A stretch of DNA of 64,000 nucleotides from Dehalococcoidia bacterium (GTDB taxonomy: Bacteria; Chloroflexota; Dehalococcoidia; GIF9; AB-539-J10). The stretch lies in contig JAUWHP010000033.1 in NCBI GenBank assembly GCA_030605765.1, positions 7,812-71,811 on the forward strand, read 5' to 3'. A program made the position numbers and the translations under genes. Under the pieces are notes generated by a model, which saw nothing but the letters and a program-made list of their open reading frames with translations, was not told the origin of the DNA and searched no databases. Positions 46,957 to 56,425 of this stretch are shown in pieces; within the stretch, counting starts at the first letter, position 1; each line of letters starts with the position of its first letter.

Positions 46957-47112
46957 TTACCTGTTGTACTTGGTTAACTCTTCCTTCAAGATTTCTATTG
47001 GCCCAACCAGTATAATTGCTGCATCTCCGTTTTGAGCAGCTATGGCTGCTCCCTTGATTATTTCATCCGGGGCATAATCACCACCCATCGTATCCTCTGC
47101 TATCCTTACCAT
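46957..47112 (-). pseudogene. plsX (phosphate acyltransferase) N-terminal remnant, 51 codons then stop
   Basis: The minus-strand translation MVRIAEDTMGGDYAPDEIIKGAAIAAQNGDAAIILVGPIEILKEEL matches the PlsX N-terminus (I..D.MGGD.AP..I..G......IILVG), then terminates. No remainder of plsX follows. Confidence 0.45.
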
Positions 47113-47418
47113 TTGCTAACACGAGTTAGGGGAACATACCTCCCTCTTGCAATTTCAGATTAATAGCTAGCCATTGAACAGTATCTCAGCTATATGAATC
47201 TTTTTCCTTCTTTAGTAATTATTATGGAATATTATATATGCTTCTCGTTTGTAAAGCGGCAAAGAAAGGATGTCTCAATAATCTATTGAATGGGAAGTGG
47301 CTGAAATTTCCGGGAGTATTTAGCAAGTAGTGAAATTATGTCTGTATGAGTGTAGGGTGGTTGTATTTAGGAATGACACCAGAGCAGTCCAGTGCTCCGG
47401 TGTCATTCCCTTTTTTCC

Positions 47419-48783
47419 TCAACCTACCTTTGGTAGTTGAGCTAGTGCTTCCTCTATCTTCTCGGTCGGATACTCGTAGTCTTGCAGCTTGCCTGAGAGA
47501 TAGGCATCATAAGCAGCCATATCGACATGTCCATGTCCGCTGTGAGCCAGCAGTATGGTTTTTGACTCGCCAGATTCTTTGCACTTGAGGGCTTCGTCAA
47601 TAACCACCTTGATGGCGTGGTTTGGCTCTGGAGCGCTGATAATGCCCTGGGTACGGGCAAAAGTTACACCAGCCTCAAAGGTAGCCAGCTGGTGCTCAGC
47701 TCTAGCTTCAACGAACCCTAATTTACAGAGATGACATATGATAGGTGCCATCCCATGGTAACGTAAACCACCAGCGTGAATTGGAGGCGGAATAAAACCA
47801 TGCCCCAGGGTAAACATCTTAATTATGGGAGCGAGGCCAGCTTCATCGCCAAAATCATAGGCATAGGGCCCCTTTGTCACGCTAGGGCAGCTTGCGGGCT
47901 CTACATTGATGATACGTAGACTTGGTTTCATTCCATCGAGTTTATCTTTGACAAAGGGCAAATATAGCCCAGCGAAGTTTGAACCACCTCCGATACAGCC
48001 CACAATAATATCTGGATAGGCATTTGCTTTCTCCATCAGTTTCTTTGCCTCCAGGCCGTTAACGGTTTGATGCAGCAGAACATGGTTAAGCACGCTACCT
48101 ATAGCATAGTGAGTGTCATCGTGAGAAACGGTATCCTCTACTGCTTCACTAATAGCAAGTCCTAAGCTACCTGGACAATCAGGGTCCTTTGCCAGCATGT
48201 CTCGTCCTGCCTTGGTATCCGAGCTGGGGCTGGGTATACATTTGGCTCCCCATGTCTCCATCATGATGCGGCGATATGGCTTCTGGTTGTAGCTAATCTT
48301 GACCATATAAACCTTAATTTCAAGGTTGAAGCAAGCACCGCCGAAGGACAAAGCGCTCCCCCACTGACCAGCGCCAGTCTCTGTGACCATACGTTTAACC
48401 CCTTCTTGCTTGTTGTAATAAGCCTGGGCTACAGCAGTGTTAGGTTTGTGGCTTCCAGGAGGGCTGGTTCCCTCGTATTTGTAGAATATCTTGGCTGGCG
48501 TATCCAAGGCTTTCTCCAATCTGTGTGCTCGATATAGAGTTGTGGGCCTCCATAGTCTGTAGATATCCCGCACCTCGTCGGGGATTTCGATCCAGCGCTC
48601 AGTGCTTACCTCTTGCTTGATTAACTCCATAGGGAATAAGGGAGCTAGATCCTCAGGCTTTAATGGTTTTCCTGTAGCTGGATGCAAAGCCGCTGGTAGT
48701 GGCTCTGGCAAATCTGCCTGAATGTTGTACCAGTATCGTGGTATTTCCTCTTCATCTAAAGTAAACTTTGTTCTCTTATCCAT
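47419..48783 (-). CDS. trpB: tryptophan synthase beta chain, TrpB2 type
   Basis: 454 aa. It has a TrpB2-style N-terminal extension ([28 protein letters not shown]), the PLP-lysine region and a GGGSNFAG loop. Confidence 0.9.
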   Translation of the reverse strand: MDKRTKFTLDEEEIPRYWYNIQADLPEPLPAALHPATGKPLKPEDLAPLFPMELIKQEVSTERWIEIPDEVRDIYRLWRPTTLYRAHRLEKALDTPAKIFYKYEGTSPPGSHKPNTAVAQAYYNKQEGVKRMVTETGAGQWGSALSFGGACFNLEIKVYMVKISYNQKPYRRIMMETWGAKCIPSPSSDTKAGRDMLAKDPDCPGSLGLAISEAVEDTVSHDDTHYAIGSVLNHVLLHQTVNGLEAKKLMEKANAYPDIIVGCIGGGSNFAGLYLPFVKDKLDGMKPSLRIINVEPASCPSVTKGPYAYDFGDEAGLAPIIKMFTLGHGFIPPPIHAGGLRYHGMAPIICHLCKLGFVEARAEHQLATFEAGVTFARTQGIISAPEPNHAIKVVIDEALKCKESGESKTILLAHSGHGHVDMAAYDAYLSGKLQDYEYPTEKIEEALAQLPKVG

Positions 48784-49234
48784 TTGCGTGTCTCCTTTCT
48801 TGTTTTTTTAATTGTTTTTAATTTTCAACCTTTACGTTTTAATACTGATATTTGCCCCCGTGGGGGCCATGTTCTTAATATGTTAAACATATTTATTACC
48901 TCCAATAACAAAAATAATAAGCCTCTCGTCCAAGGGGCGAGAGGCTTAGCCTTCACGGTGCCACCCTATTTAGTCGTTCCTCAATCAATGGAGAGGATTA
49001 CAACCATCTTTTCTTCAGGTACAGAGCCAACTTATCCCTTTTGTGTCTCTATACCCTAGGTTATGATAACGCTACCCTTTGCGGCGAAACCTACTAAGTT
49101 ATGAACTTTTCAGCTTGCGGCTCCCGAGCCCATTCCAGCTTCACATAAGTATCGGCTCACACCTCACCCGACTCTCTGAACTCTGTTCTAAGCTGTACTA
49201 ATCTCGTTCTCAGCCTTTCTCTATATTCAATTCT
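48784..49234 (-). promoter_or_regulatory. T-box riboswitch leader upstream of trpB (putative tRNA-Trp sensing)
   Basis: The minus strand carries AAATAGGGTGGCACCGTG (T-box consensus AAUUAGGGUGGNACCGCG; complement of plus 48956-48971), followed by a terminator hairpin and U-tract. An upstream promoter TTGACA-18-TAGCAT lies at 49242-49271. Confidence 0.65.
48908..48947 (-). terminator. intrinsic terminator of the T-box leader (10-bp perfect stem aagcctctcg/cgagaggctt, 9-nt loop, then UUAUUAUUUUUG)
   Basis: Read directly from the sequence. The hairpin sits immediately 3' of the T-box motif and about 120 nt upstream of the trpB start. Confidence 0.7.
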
Positions 49235-49461
49235 CCAGGGAATGCTAGCATGGACAGCTTGAATTTGTCAATGTGCATGTGGCTCTATTGTTGATGTTCT
49301 ATACTGATTTGTGTAGAAAAATGGTAAGGTGGTAAGAACCCTAGAGCAAGGGAAATAAAAGAAAGGATGACTTAACCTGAGATGGCCCCCGAATTTTGGG
49401 CAGGTAGTTAAGCGAGGGTTCTGCTCATGGAATAAAATATAGGTAGAAGGAGGAGCAGGCA

Positions 49462-49668
49462 TTGAAACGCCCTGTATGCATTAAAGGGAGGCGGGCATGT
49501 CCACCTGAGGACTGCGGTGGTACAGGAGGTTACACTGACTTGCTTAGAATCATACGCAATCCACGAGATGAGCAATACGAGAGAATGATGCAATGGCTGG
49601 GAGGCAAGTTCGACCCTGAATATTTTGATCTGGATACGGTTAATCGAAAGTTGAAACGTATCAGGTGA
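49462..49668 (+). CDS. pRiA4b ORF-3-like family protein, C-terminal fragment only (likely mobile-element-associated remnant)
   Basis: CPPEDCGGTGGY...FDPEYFDLDTVN is the conserved C-terminal core of the PRiA4_ORF3 family. There is no in-frame upstream ORF (stop at 49444). Candidate TTG start with a GGAGG RBS. Confidence 0.5.
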   Translation: MKRPVCIKGRRACPPEDCGGTGGYTDLLRIIRNPRDEQYERMMQWLGGKFDPEYFDLDTVNRKLKRIR

Positions 49669-49874
49669 GGAATCTCCTGTAATTGACTATGTTGGCAGGC
49701 TCAGGGGAATATCCTCACCTTAATCCTTTCCCTCACAGGGAGAGGAACACAACCTGCTATCTCTTGTCCAAAGGTTTCCCCCTTTTTGCACCAGCCCATA
49801 TATGAATATTTGTTGAATCTCAGATTGGGCGATGCTAATATGATACTGCTAATAAGGAGCAGGCTTAAATAGGT

Positions 49875-50153
49875 ATGGTAAATTGGCAGGTAACCGCAAC
49901 TACTATTTATTGTGATGCGGTGGACGATGACGTAACGCTGTTGGTGTATAAAGATTGGTCAGTCAAATGTACTGGTTACAGTAAGTATGGTGAGCGGAGT
50001 AAGGACACAATTAGACTACTGAAGAAGGCCGGGCAGTTGAAGCGGCAACTGGGGTGTGCGGGCTTGGAATGCTACCGAGTGATTCAGTATAAGGAGAAGC
50101 TGTTTTCTGAGGAAGCGAAAAGAGGGACTCAGAGTGAACCAGTAGATGAATAA
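49875..50153 (+). CDS. hypothetical protein
   Basis: 92-aa ORF with no recognisable motif, in the accessory-looking gap between trpB and livG. Confidence 0.3.
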   Translation: MVNWQVTATTIYCDAVDDDVTLLVYKDWSVKCTGYSKYGERSKDTIRLLKKAGQLKRQLGCAGLECYRVIQYKEKLFSEEAKRGTQSEPVDE

Positions 50154-50187
50154 TTGCGCCTTCCCGAAATAGCTGAGCTGGCTAAAG

Positions 50188-51006
50188 ATGAGAAGTAGAA
50201 ATCAGGCAAAGATACGAATTGAGAACCTTTCGCTCTCCTTTCGTGGTGTGAAAGCTCTTGATGATGTCAGCCTCGACATAAGAGACAATGAGATCCTGGC
50301 GATTATAGGGCCGAATGGTGCTGGTAAGACTTGCCTGCTAAACTGTATAAACGGTTTTTACAAGCCACAAAAAGGTGAAATATATTATGAAGGCCAGAAT
50401 ATTACTCGGATTCGTCCTGATAAGGCAGCTCGTCTCGGCCTGGCCAGAACTTTCCAGAACATCGAGCTGTATACAGGGCTAAGCACCCTGGATAATATAA
50501 TGGCCGCCAGACACGTCCTTATGAGGCAGAATGTTCTTAGTGGAGCTCTGTATTTCGGCTGGGCTCGTGAGGAGGAAATTGAACATCGTAAGACAGTGGA
50601 AGACATCATCGATTTCCTGGAAATAGAGCCGATTAGAAAGAAAACCGTCGGCACCCTTCCCTATGGAATGCGTAAGAGGGTTGAGTTGGGTAGAGCCCTG
50701 GCTCTGGAACCGAAAATCCTGCTCCTTGATGAACCAATGGCAGGAATGAATCTGGAAGAGAAAGAAGATATTGCCCGATTTATCATTGATATATTTGAGG
50801 GACAGGGGGATACATACAGGGAGGCGGCAGTTCTGAGGGATGGTGTTACTTGCATTGTTCTAATCGAGCATGATATGGGAGTAGTTATGGATTTAGCCGA
50901 TAGGATTGTAGTCCTCGATTTTGGACGGAAGATTGCTGAAGGTACTCCAGATGAAATTAGAACCAATCCGCAAGTTATCTCCGCCTATCTGGGAAAGGAG
51001 GAATAG
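50188..51006 (+). CDS. livG: branched-chain amino acid ABC transporter ATP-binding protein (LivG-like)
   Basis: Walker A GPNGAGKT, signature LPYGMRKRVELGRA, Walker B LLLDEP, and the LivG-specific C-terminal extension. Confidence 0.85.
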   Translation: MRSRNQAKIRIENLSLSFRGVKALDDVSLDIRDNEILAIIGPNGAGKTCLLNCINGFYKPQKGEIYYEGQNITRIRPDKAARLGLARTFQNIELYTGLSTLDNIMAARHVLMRQNVLSGALYFGWAREEEIEHRKTVEDIIDFLEIEPIRKKTVGTLPYGMRKRVELGRALALEPKILLLDEPMAGMNLEEKEDIARFIIDIFEGQGDTYREAAVLRDGVTCIVLIEHDMGVVMDLADRIVVLDFGRKIAEGTPDEIRTNPQVISAYLGKEE

Positions 51007-51023
51007 TCGCAAATGTGTCTGGC

Positions 51024-52310
51024 TTACTTCCAGGTTCTTTCATCTATTAGCTTTTGATGCTCGTCCGGGATGCTCCCCTTCTCCACAAATTCGATCCTAT
51101 CTATCTTAACTCGACACAGGTTCTGGAATCTCTTATTCAAATCATCAGCTAGTTTTTCTCTGTCTATGGTTTCATCCTTCAACTCAATCTTAAGAGTCAT
51201 TTCGTCCCGTTGCTCCCTACGTCTGATCACTATTTGGAATTGGGAAATCGGTTTTAAGTCAAGAATTGCCTGTTCGGCTTGTTTAGCAATGACAAACATA
51301 CCTCTCACTTTGATTGCATCACCAGTTCTGCCAAGAATTGCTGTCAGCCTGTTGGCTGTCCGGCCACATGGGCAGAGTGCGGTGGTATATGATGACATAT
51401 CACCAGTGCCGAAGCGGATAATGCCCCAAGCTTTATTATGAATCGGGGTTACCACTATTTCACCTATCTCCCCGGGACCTAGCTGTTTTCCTGTCTCGGG
51501 GTCAACTATCTCTACTATGTATTCATCCATAAGGTGCATGCCCGATTTCTGGCGGCATTCGTAGGCGATGGCACCACCTGGTTCGGTAACTGCATAAGCT
51601 TGTGTGGTGGCAATCTGGTAGTCTTCTTCCAGGGTTTTCCGCAGTGAGTCCGGGAGCATCTCACCAGTAAACCAGGCACGCTCAAGAGTAAAATCCCGCT
51701 GAAAATTATGTCCCATTTCCTCTGCTCTTTTAATGATGGTCATTAGGAAAGAGGGTGTGCCCACGAATCCCGTAACTTTCAAATCACGCATAGTCCTAAT
51801 CTGAATTTCAGTATTGCCTGTGCCTGTGGCGACAACAGTAGTCCCACAATCCCTCAAGGCTTCGTGGAATAGAATACCGGCCGGAGACAAATGGTAAGTG
51901 AATGTGTTAATGACCACATCTCCCTTTCTAAACCCGGCAGCACAAAATGATTTAGCAAACCATTTGATAGCCCCGGTATGGAGTGGCTCATAAATAGGGC
52001 CTGGTGAGATGAATACACGGTCAACATCTTCAGGCGGAATGGCAAGAAAGCCTCCATAGGGTGGTTTCTCCCTTTGTAACTCTATCAAGTCGGTTTTCCT
52101 GATGATGGGTAATCTTTCCAGGTCTCTTATTGTATGGATTTCGGGTGGATTGACTTTGGCCCCATCAAATATCTCCCTGGTAGCAGGAGCGTTGCGGTAA
52201 GCATGATCAACTGCCTCACATAATCTCTGATTTAAATACCCCTCTCTTGCCTCGGGAGCCATTGTCTCCAATTCGTCAAAGAATTTATCCTGATTACCTG
52301 CTATAGCCAT
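51024..52310 (-). CDS. paaK: phenylacetate-CoA ligase family protein (PaaK-like / coenzyme F390 synthetase-like adenylate-forming enzyme)
   Basis: 428 aa with the PaaK N-terminal region (REIFDGAKVNPPEIHTIRDLERLPIIRKTDL) and an AMP-binding core. Confidence 0.8.
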   Translation of the reverse strand: MAIAGNQDKFFDELETMAPEAREGYLNQRLCEAVDHAYRNAPATREIFDGAKVNPPEIHTIRDLERLPIIRKTDLIELQREKPPYGGFLAIPPEDVDRVFISPGPIYEPLHTGAIKWFAKSFCAAGFRKGDVVINTFTYHLSPAGILFHEALRDCGTTVVATGTGNTEIQIRTMRDLKVTGFVGTPSFLMTIIKRAEEMGHNFQRDFTLERAWFTGEMLPDSLRKTLEEDYQIATTQAYAVTEPGGAIAYECRQKSGMHLMDEYIVEIVDPETGKQLGPGEIGEIVVTPIHNKAWGIIRFGTGDMSSYTTALCPCGRTANRLTAILGRTGDAIKVRGMFVIAKQAEQAILDLKPISQFQIVIRRREQRDEMTLKIELKDETIDREKLADDLNKRFQNLCRVKIDRIEFVEKGSIPDEHQKLIDERTWK

Positions 52311-53092
52311 CGTTTTCGCCTCTTATAGTGTTTTACTTCTCGGTAGCTTTTCTTCTTGCCCATGGCAGATAGCCCTATATAAAATTCCTTCACATCCTCA
52401 TTATTCTTCAGGAAATCGGCTGTACCGTCGAGCACAACCCGACCGTTTTCCATAACATAACCATATTGGGCGATACTTAGGGCAATTCTGACATTCTGCT
52501 CGACAAGGAGAACTGACGTTTTGTGTTCAATATTAAACCGCTCGATAATATGGTATATTTCTTCAACTAGCCGCGGTGCCAGGCCCAGTGATGGTTCGTC
52601 AAGCATCATTAGCTTGGGCGTAGCCATCATAGCCCTGCCGATGACCAGCATTTGCTGCTCGCCTCCGGAAAGATAGCCAGCAGTATTATGCCGACGGTCC
52701 TTGAGTAGCGGGAAGTAGCCATAAACCATGTCCAGGTCTTCTTTGACAGCACGACGGTCGCTGCGCTGATAAGCCCCCACCAGCAAATTTTCCTCTGTAG
52801 TGAGATGTTCGAAGACCCTACGTCCCTCGAGTGCTTGTATAATACCTAGTTTACCTATTTCTTCGGCGCTTTTTCCATCTATTCTTTTGCCGTTCCACTC
52901 GATGTTGCCATCAGTTACCTCGCCCTCCTCAACATGGAGTAGTCCCGATATTGCCTTGAGAGTGGTGCTTTTACCGGCGCCATTGGCCCCGAGTATGGCA
53001 ACAACTGAGCCTTCCTCTACATTTAGGGAAACGCCATGGAGCACCCGTATAGCATTAAGATAGGCAACCTCTACATTATTCAGTTTGAGCAT
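52301..53092 (-). CDS. livF: branched-chain amino acid ABC transporter ATP-binding protein (LivF-like)
   Basis: Walker A GANGAGKST, signature LSGGEQQMLVIGRA, Walker B MLDEPS. Confidence 0.85.
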   Translation of the reverse strand: MLKLNNVEVAYLNAIRVLHGVSLNVEEGSVVAILGANGAGKSTTLKAISGLLHVEEGEVTDGNIEWNGKRIDGKSAEEIGKLGIIQALEGRRVFEHLTTEENLLVGAYQRSDRRAVKEDLDMVYGYFPLLKDRRHNTAGYLSGGEQQMLVIGRAMMATPKLMMLDEPSLGLAPRLVEEIYHIIERFNIEHKTSVLLVEQNVRIALSIAQYGYVMENGRVVLDGTADFLKNNEDVKEFYIGLSAMGKKKSYREVKHYKRRKRWL

Positions 53093-53149
53093 AGAAAACC
53101 TTCTGTTGGCAGGAGCCTCTGCTGCCGACAGAGGCTCCCGACTGAATCA

Positions 53150-54400
53150 CTATTTGCCGAACCATTCAAAATCTTCGTATTTTATCAGTGGTGCCTCTAC
53201 CCAGTCGCTAATGGGTACGATTGCGCCACCCTGTATTTGGAAAACTCTGTTCGATTTGCTTAATCGGTTGTCACCCGGGGTATAGCTTACCGGGCCATGC
53301 AGGCCACCAACATCAAAGTTGTCTAGCTTCTTGAAGCCATATTCCTCGGCTGCTTGTGGGGTGAGGTTGTCGACACCCACATTCTCGATTGCCAGTCTTA
53401 GAATCTCAGCCACGATTAGACCCTCTGCCCACGAGGTGATATAGTCCATGTTGCCATAATCCTCGGGGTGATATTTCTGACAGTATTCGGTCATCTTGGC
53501 CATAGCCGGCACGTTATCGCCCCAATTCACGGTAGGGAAGACACCGTAGACACCTTCAGCATTAGTTCCAGCCAGGTCAACAAGAACGCTGGTGAAGCTA
53601 GCATGACCACAAGCAATAGTGATATCTGGATACATACCCAATTCGACGGCGTTCTTGATGATGATAGAAGTAGGCTGTGGGGTGCTGGATATGTACAGGA
53701 TATCAGGATTCAGTGCCTTAATCCTGGTCAGGCTTTCTATCTCAGATATAGTTGTGGCGGTATGCTCGTCAATAGACACGATCTCAATACCTAGTTCATC
53801 GGCTAAGGCCTGAGCCGCATCTCTGGCTCCATAACCGGTAGGGTTGTTCAGGAGGTGTAGTGCCATCTTGGCTTTTCCTGTGCCCTGCCAGATATTCTCC
53901 AGGTAGTATCTGGCAAAGGCGGCCCAGTCATCGCCATAATCAGGCATCTGTCCATAGATATGCTGTGGTGGATGAGTGAGTGCTGGAGCACTGAAGACGG
54001 TGAAGCCAGCAAACTCAGCGCGATTGGCGACCTCCATAGATGCCCCCATCATTTTGGAAGAGTTAGTGGTGAAGAACAAACAGCCCTTGCTTATTAGCTC
54101 GTTAATGATGGTGGTTGCCTTTGCGGCATCATATTGATTGTCACGCCATATCACCTCAATCTGATGTCCGGCGACTCCGCCTAGTTCCTCATTAATGTAT
54201 TTCATACAGTCCAGTTTAGCATTACCCATGGGACGTCCCTTTTCAGCAGCAACCCCCGTGTAACAAATACTGAAGCCCACCTTTACCTTATTGCCACTAT
54301 CAGCACCACCGGCACAACCGCCGCTCAGTAGTGGAATTATGGCTATGATTAGTGCCAGGCATATAACTACTGCTACTTTCAATGTTTTCTTGAAATTCAT
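53150..54400 (-). CDS. ABC transporter substrate-binding lipoprotein (LivK / periplasmic-binding-protein type I family)
   Basis: Lipoprotein signal ...LLSGGCAGG, 416 aa, adjacent to livHMF. Confidence 0.8.
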   Translation of the reverse strand: MNFKKTLKVAVVICLALIIAIIPLLSGGCAGGADSGNKVKVGFSICYTGVAAEKGRPMGNAKLDCMKYINEELGGVAGHQIEVIWRDNQYDAAKATTIINELISKGCLFFTTNSSKMMGASMEVANRAEFAGFTVFSAPALTHPPQHIYGQMPDYGDDWAAFARYYLENIWQGTGKAKMALHLLNNPTGYGARDAAQALADELGIEIVSIDEHTATTISEIESLTRIKALNPDILYISSTPQPTSIIIKNAVELGMYPDITIACGHASFTSVLVDLAGTNAEGVYGVFPTVNWGDNVPAMAKMTEYCQKYHPEDYGNMDYITSWAEGLIVAEILRLAIENVGVDNLTPQAAEEYGFKKLDNFDVGGLHGPVSYTPGDNRLSKSNRVFQIQGGAIVPISDWVEAPLIKYEDFEWFGK

Positions 54401-54477
54401 CTATGATTCCTCCTTCTTTTAGTCTAATCCACAAGGTCTTTGGGCGGTATTACATTCTCCTATCCTCCTTACTCAGA

Positions 54478-55536
54478 CTAATATGAGAATGGCCAAAGCC
54501 GGTAGGAAGTTCTAAACAGCGCCCACCGGTGTGCCAGCCCGCGGGGCTCCAGTATCAGGAACAGGACAATTACCAGACCAAATACCATTGGTCCGATGCC
54601 GGTGGTAAACCCGGCAGGCAAATCCAGAAAGCTGCCTTCCAGCATCGGTGAGATGAACATTACTCCCTGCTGCAGCATCCGAATAGAAATGACGCCAAAA
54701 ATGGGACCGACAGCAGTGCCTGAGCCGCCGATGATTATCATGCCAATGTACAAAATTGAGTCCATGAAGGTGAAATTCTCCGCGTTCATAAAGCCCGTCC
54801 AGTGGGCAAGTAGTGAACCGGCAATTCCGGCCAGGAAACAGCCAACGAAGAACGCCATGAATTTATAGCGAAAGAGGTTAATCCCCATCACCTCGGCGGC
54901 CAGATCATTATCCCTGATGGCAACAAAGGCTCTACCTACCCTTGTCCTTGCCAGGTTCTTGGCAAAGAAAACTGTCAGCGCCGTGATTGCCATGATTAGA
55001 TAGAACTGACTGGCCTGGCTAACGAAGGTAATGCCACCGATTGAAGCCGGTGGTACTCTTATGCCAGTAAAACCGCCGGTTACACCAGTCCAGTGATTGA
55101 TGACCCAGATGATGATAAACTGGGCAGCAATAGTGGAGATTGCCAGGTAAAAGCCCTTGACGCGCATTGAAGGAATGCCAAAGACAAGTCCGATGAGCCC
55201 GGCAACAAGCCCGGCAGCGATTAGCCCTACCAGGAAGGGCCATTCAAATCGGTTAGTTAACACGGCAGAGGTATAGGCACCCACGGCAATGAAGCCAGCA
55301 TGGCCGATGGATAACTGCCCGCAGTAACCAGTCAGAATATTCAGCCCGGTGGCAGCAACTATAGTGATGCCAATCAGGTTAGCGACACCCAACCAGTAGT
55401 TTCCCCAATATAGTGGCGCGGTGAACACGAAGACTAGTAGAGATAAGAGCAATGCCCAGTGGGCTCTGGTTCGAAAAATAGCCATATCTTTGGCGTAAGA
55501 ATAATTACGAGTGCCAGCGGGTAAATCTACATTCAC
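54478..55536 (-). CDS. livM: branched-chain amino acid ABC transporter permease (LivM-like)
   Basis: 352-aa polytopic membrane protein with LivM-like topology, adjacent to livH. Confidence 0.8.
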   Translation of the reverse strand: MNVDLPAGTRNYSYAKDMAIFRTRAHWALLLSLLVFVFTAPLYWGNYWLGVANLIGITIVAATGLNILTGYCGQLSIGHAGFIAVGAYTSAVLTNRFEWPFLVGLIAAGLVAGLIGLVFGIPSMRVKGFYLAISTIAAQFIIIWVINHWTGVTGGFTGIRVPPASIGGITFVSQASQFYLIMAITALTVFFAKNLARTRVGRAFVAIRDNDLAAEVMGINLFRYKFMAFFVGCFLAGIAGSLLAHWTGFMNAENFTFMDSILYIGMIIIGGSGTAVGPIFGVISIRMLQQGVMFISPMLEGSFLDLPAGFTTGIGPMVFGLVIVLFLILEPRGLAHRWALFRTSYRLWPFSY

Positions 55537-55540
55537 TTGG

Positions 55541-56425
55541 CTAAATCCTCTCTATACGGGGCTCTCCAAATAGCCCATAAGGCTTCACGAACATAACGAT
55601 TATGATAATAATAAATGGGATAACCTCTCTGATGCCTGGCCAGGTTAATGGGGTTAGATAGCCGCCGCCAAGGCTTTCGGCCAGGCCAATTATGGGTCCG
55701 GCCAGGATAGCGCCGAGGAAGGAATCAAGGCCACCGAGTATCACTACCGAGAAGGCCTTGAGCCCGGTTTCAGCCAGGCCAAAAGTTATGCCGCCAATGC
55801 TGGACATAAGTATGCCGCCAATGGCGGCCAGCATACAGGCAAGCATCCATGACCTGGAAAAAATTTTGGTTACTGGAATACCACAGGCCTGGATTGCTAA
55901 CTGGTCATCGGCAGTCGCCCTCATTACGACACCCATTTTGTTGTATTTGAAGTACAAGGATAGGAGAATAAATAGAACCAGGGATATAGCTGCTGCCCAG
56001 AGGTATTCTTGTGACACAACCGCTGTGCCTATGCGGACAACCTCTTGTGGGAAGATGCGAGGTAAAGCAGCTACACTTTTAGGCCAGATAAAACTCACCG
56101 CGCCTTCAATAAAATAGGCCACCCCCAGTGTAACTGTGATTAAGGACAAGATAGGCTGGGCAATAAGTGGACGCAGGATAAATCGCTCAATCATCCAGCC
56201 GAGAGCCAGGGAGAAGAGGATAACCAGTGGAAAGCCAAGCCACAGGGGAAGGCCAGCCTGAACCAGCATTCCATAGGTGAACCATGAAGAAAGCAGCACC
56301 AGTTGCCCCAATGCTAGATTGGCAACGCCGCTGGATTTCCATATCAAAACAAAGCCCAGAGCAATTAGGGAGTAGACCATGCCTACCGTTACTCCGGTAA
56401 TCGCAAATTGGAGAAGCTCATCCAT
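55541..56425 (-). CDS. livH: branched-chain amino acid ABC transporter permease (LivH-like)
   Basis: 294-aa polytopic membrane protein with N-terminus MDELLQFAITGVTVGMVYSLIALG. Confidence 0.8.
   Translation of the reverse strand: MDELLQFAITGVTVGMVYSLIALGFVLIWKSSGVANLALGQLVLLSSWFTYGMLVQAGLPLWLGFPLVILFSLALGWMIERFILRPLIAQPILSLITVTLGVAYFIEGAVSFIWPKSVAALPRIFPQEVVRIGTAVVSQEYLWAAAISLVLFILLSLYFKYNKMGVVMRATADDQLAIQACGIPVTKIFSRSWMLACMLAAIGGILMSSIGGITFGLAETGLKAFSVVILGGLDSFLGAILAGPIIGLAESLGGGYLTPLTWPGIREVIPFIIIIIVMFVKPYGLFGEPRIERI

Noticed and set aside
49268-49593. Minus-strand ORFs 49268-49462 and 49408-49593.
   Set aside because: They overlap the predicted T-box promoter/leader and the pRiA4b-like fragment. 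There is no RBS or motif, and they are likely spurious.
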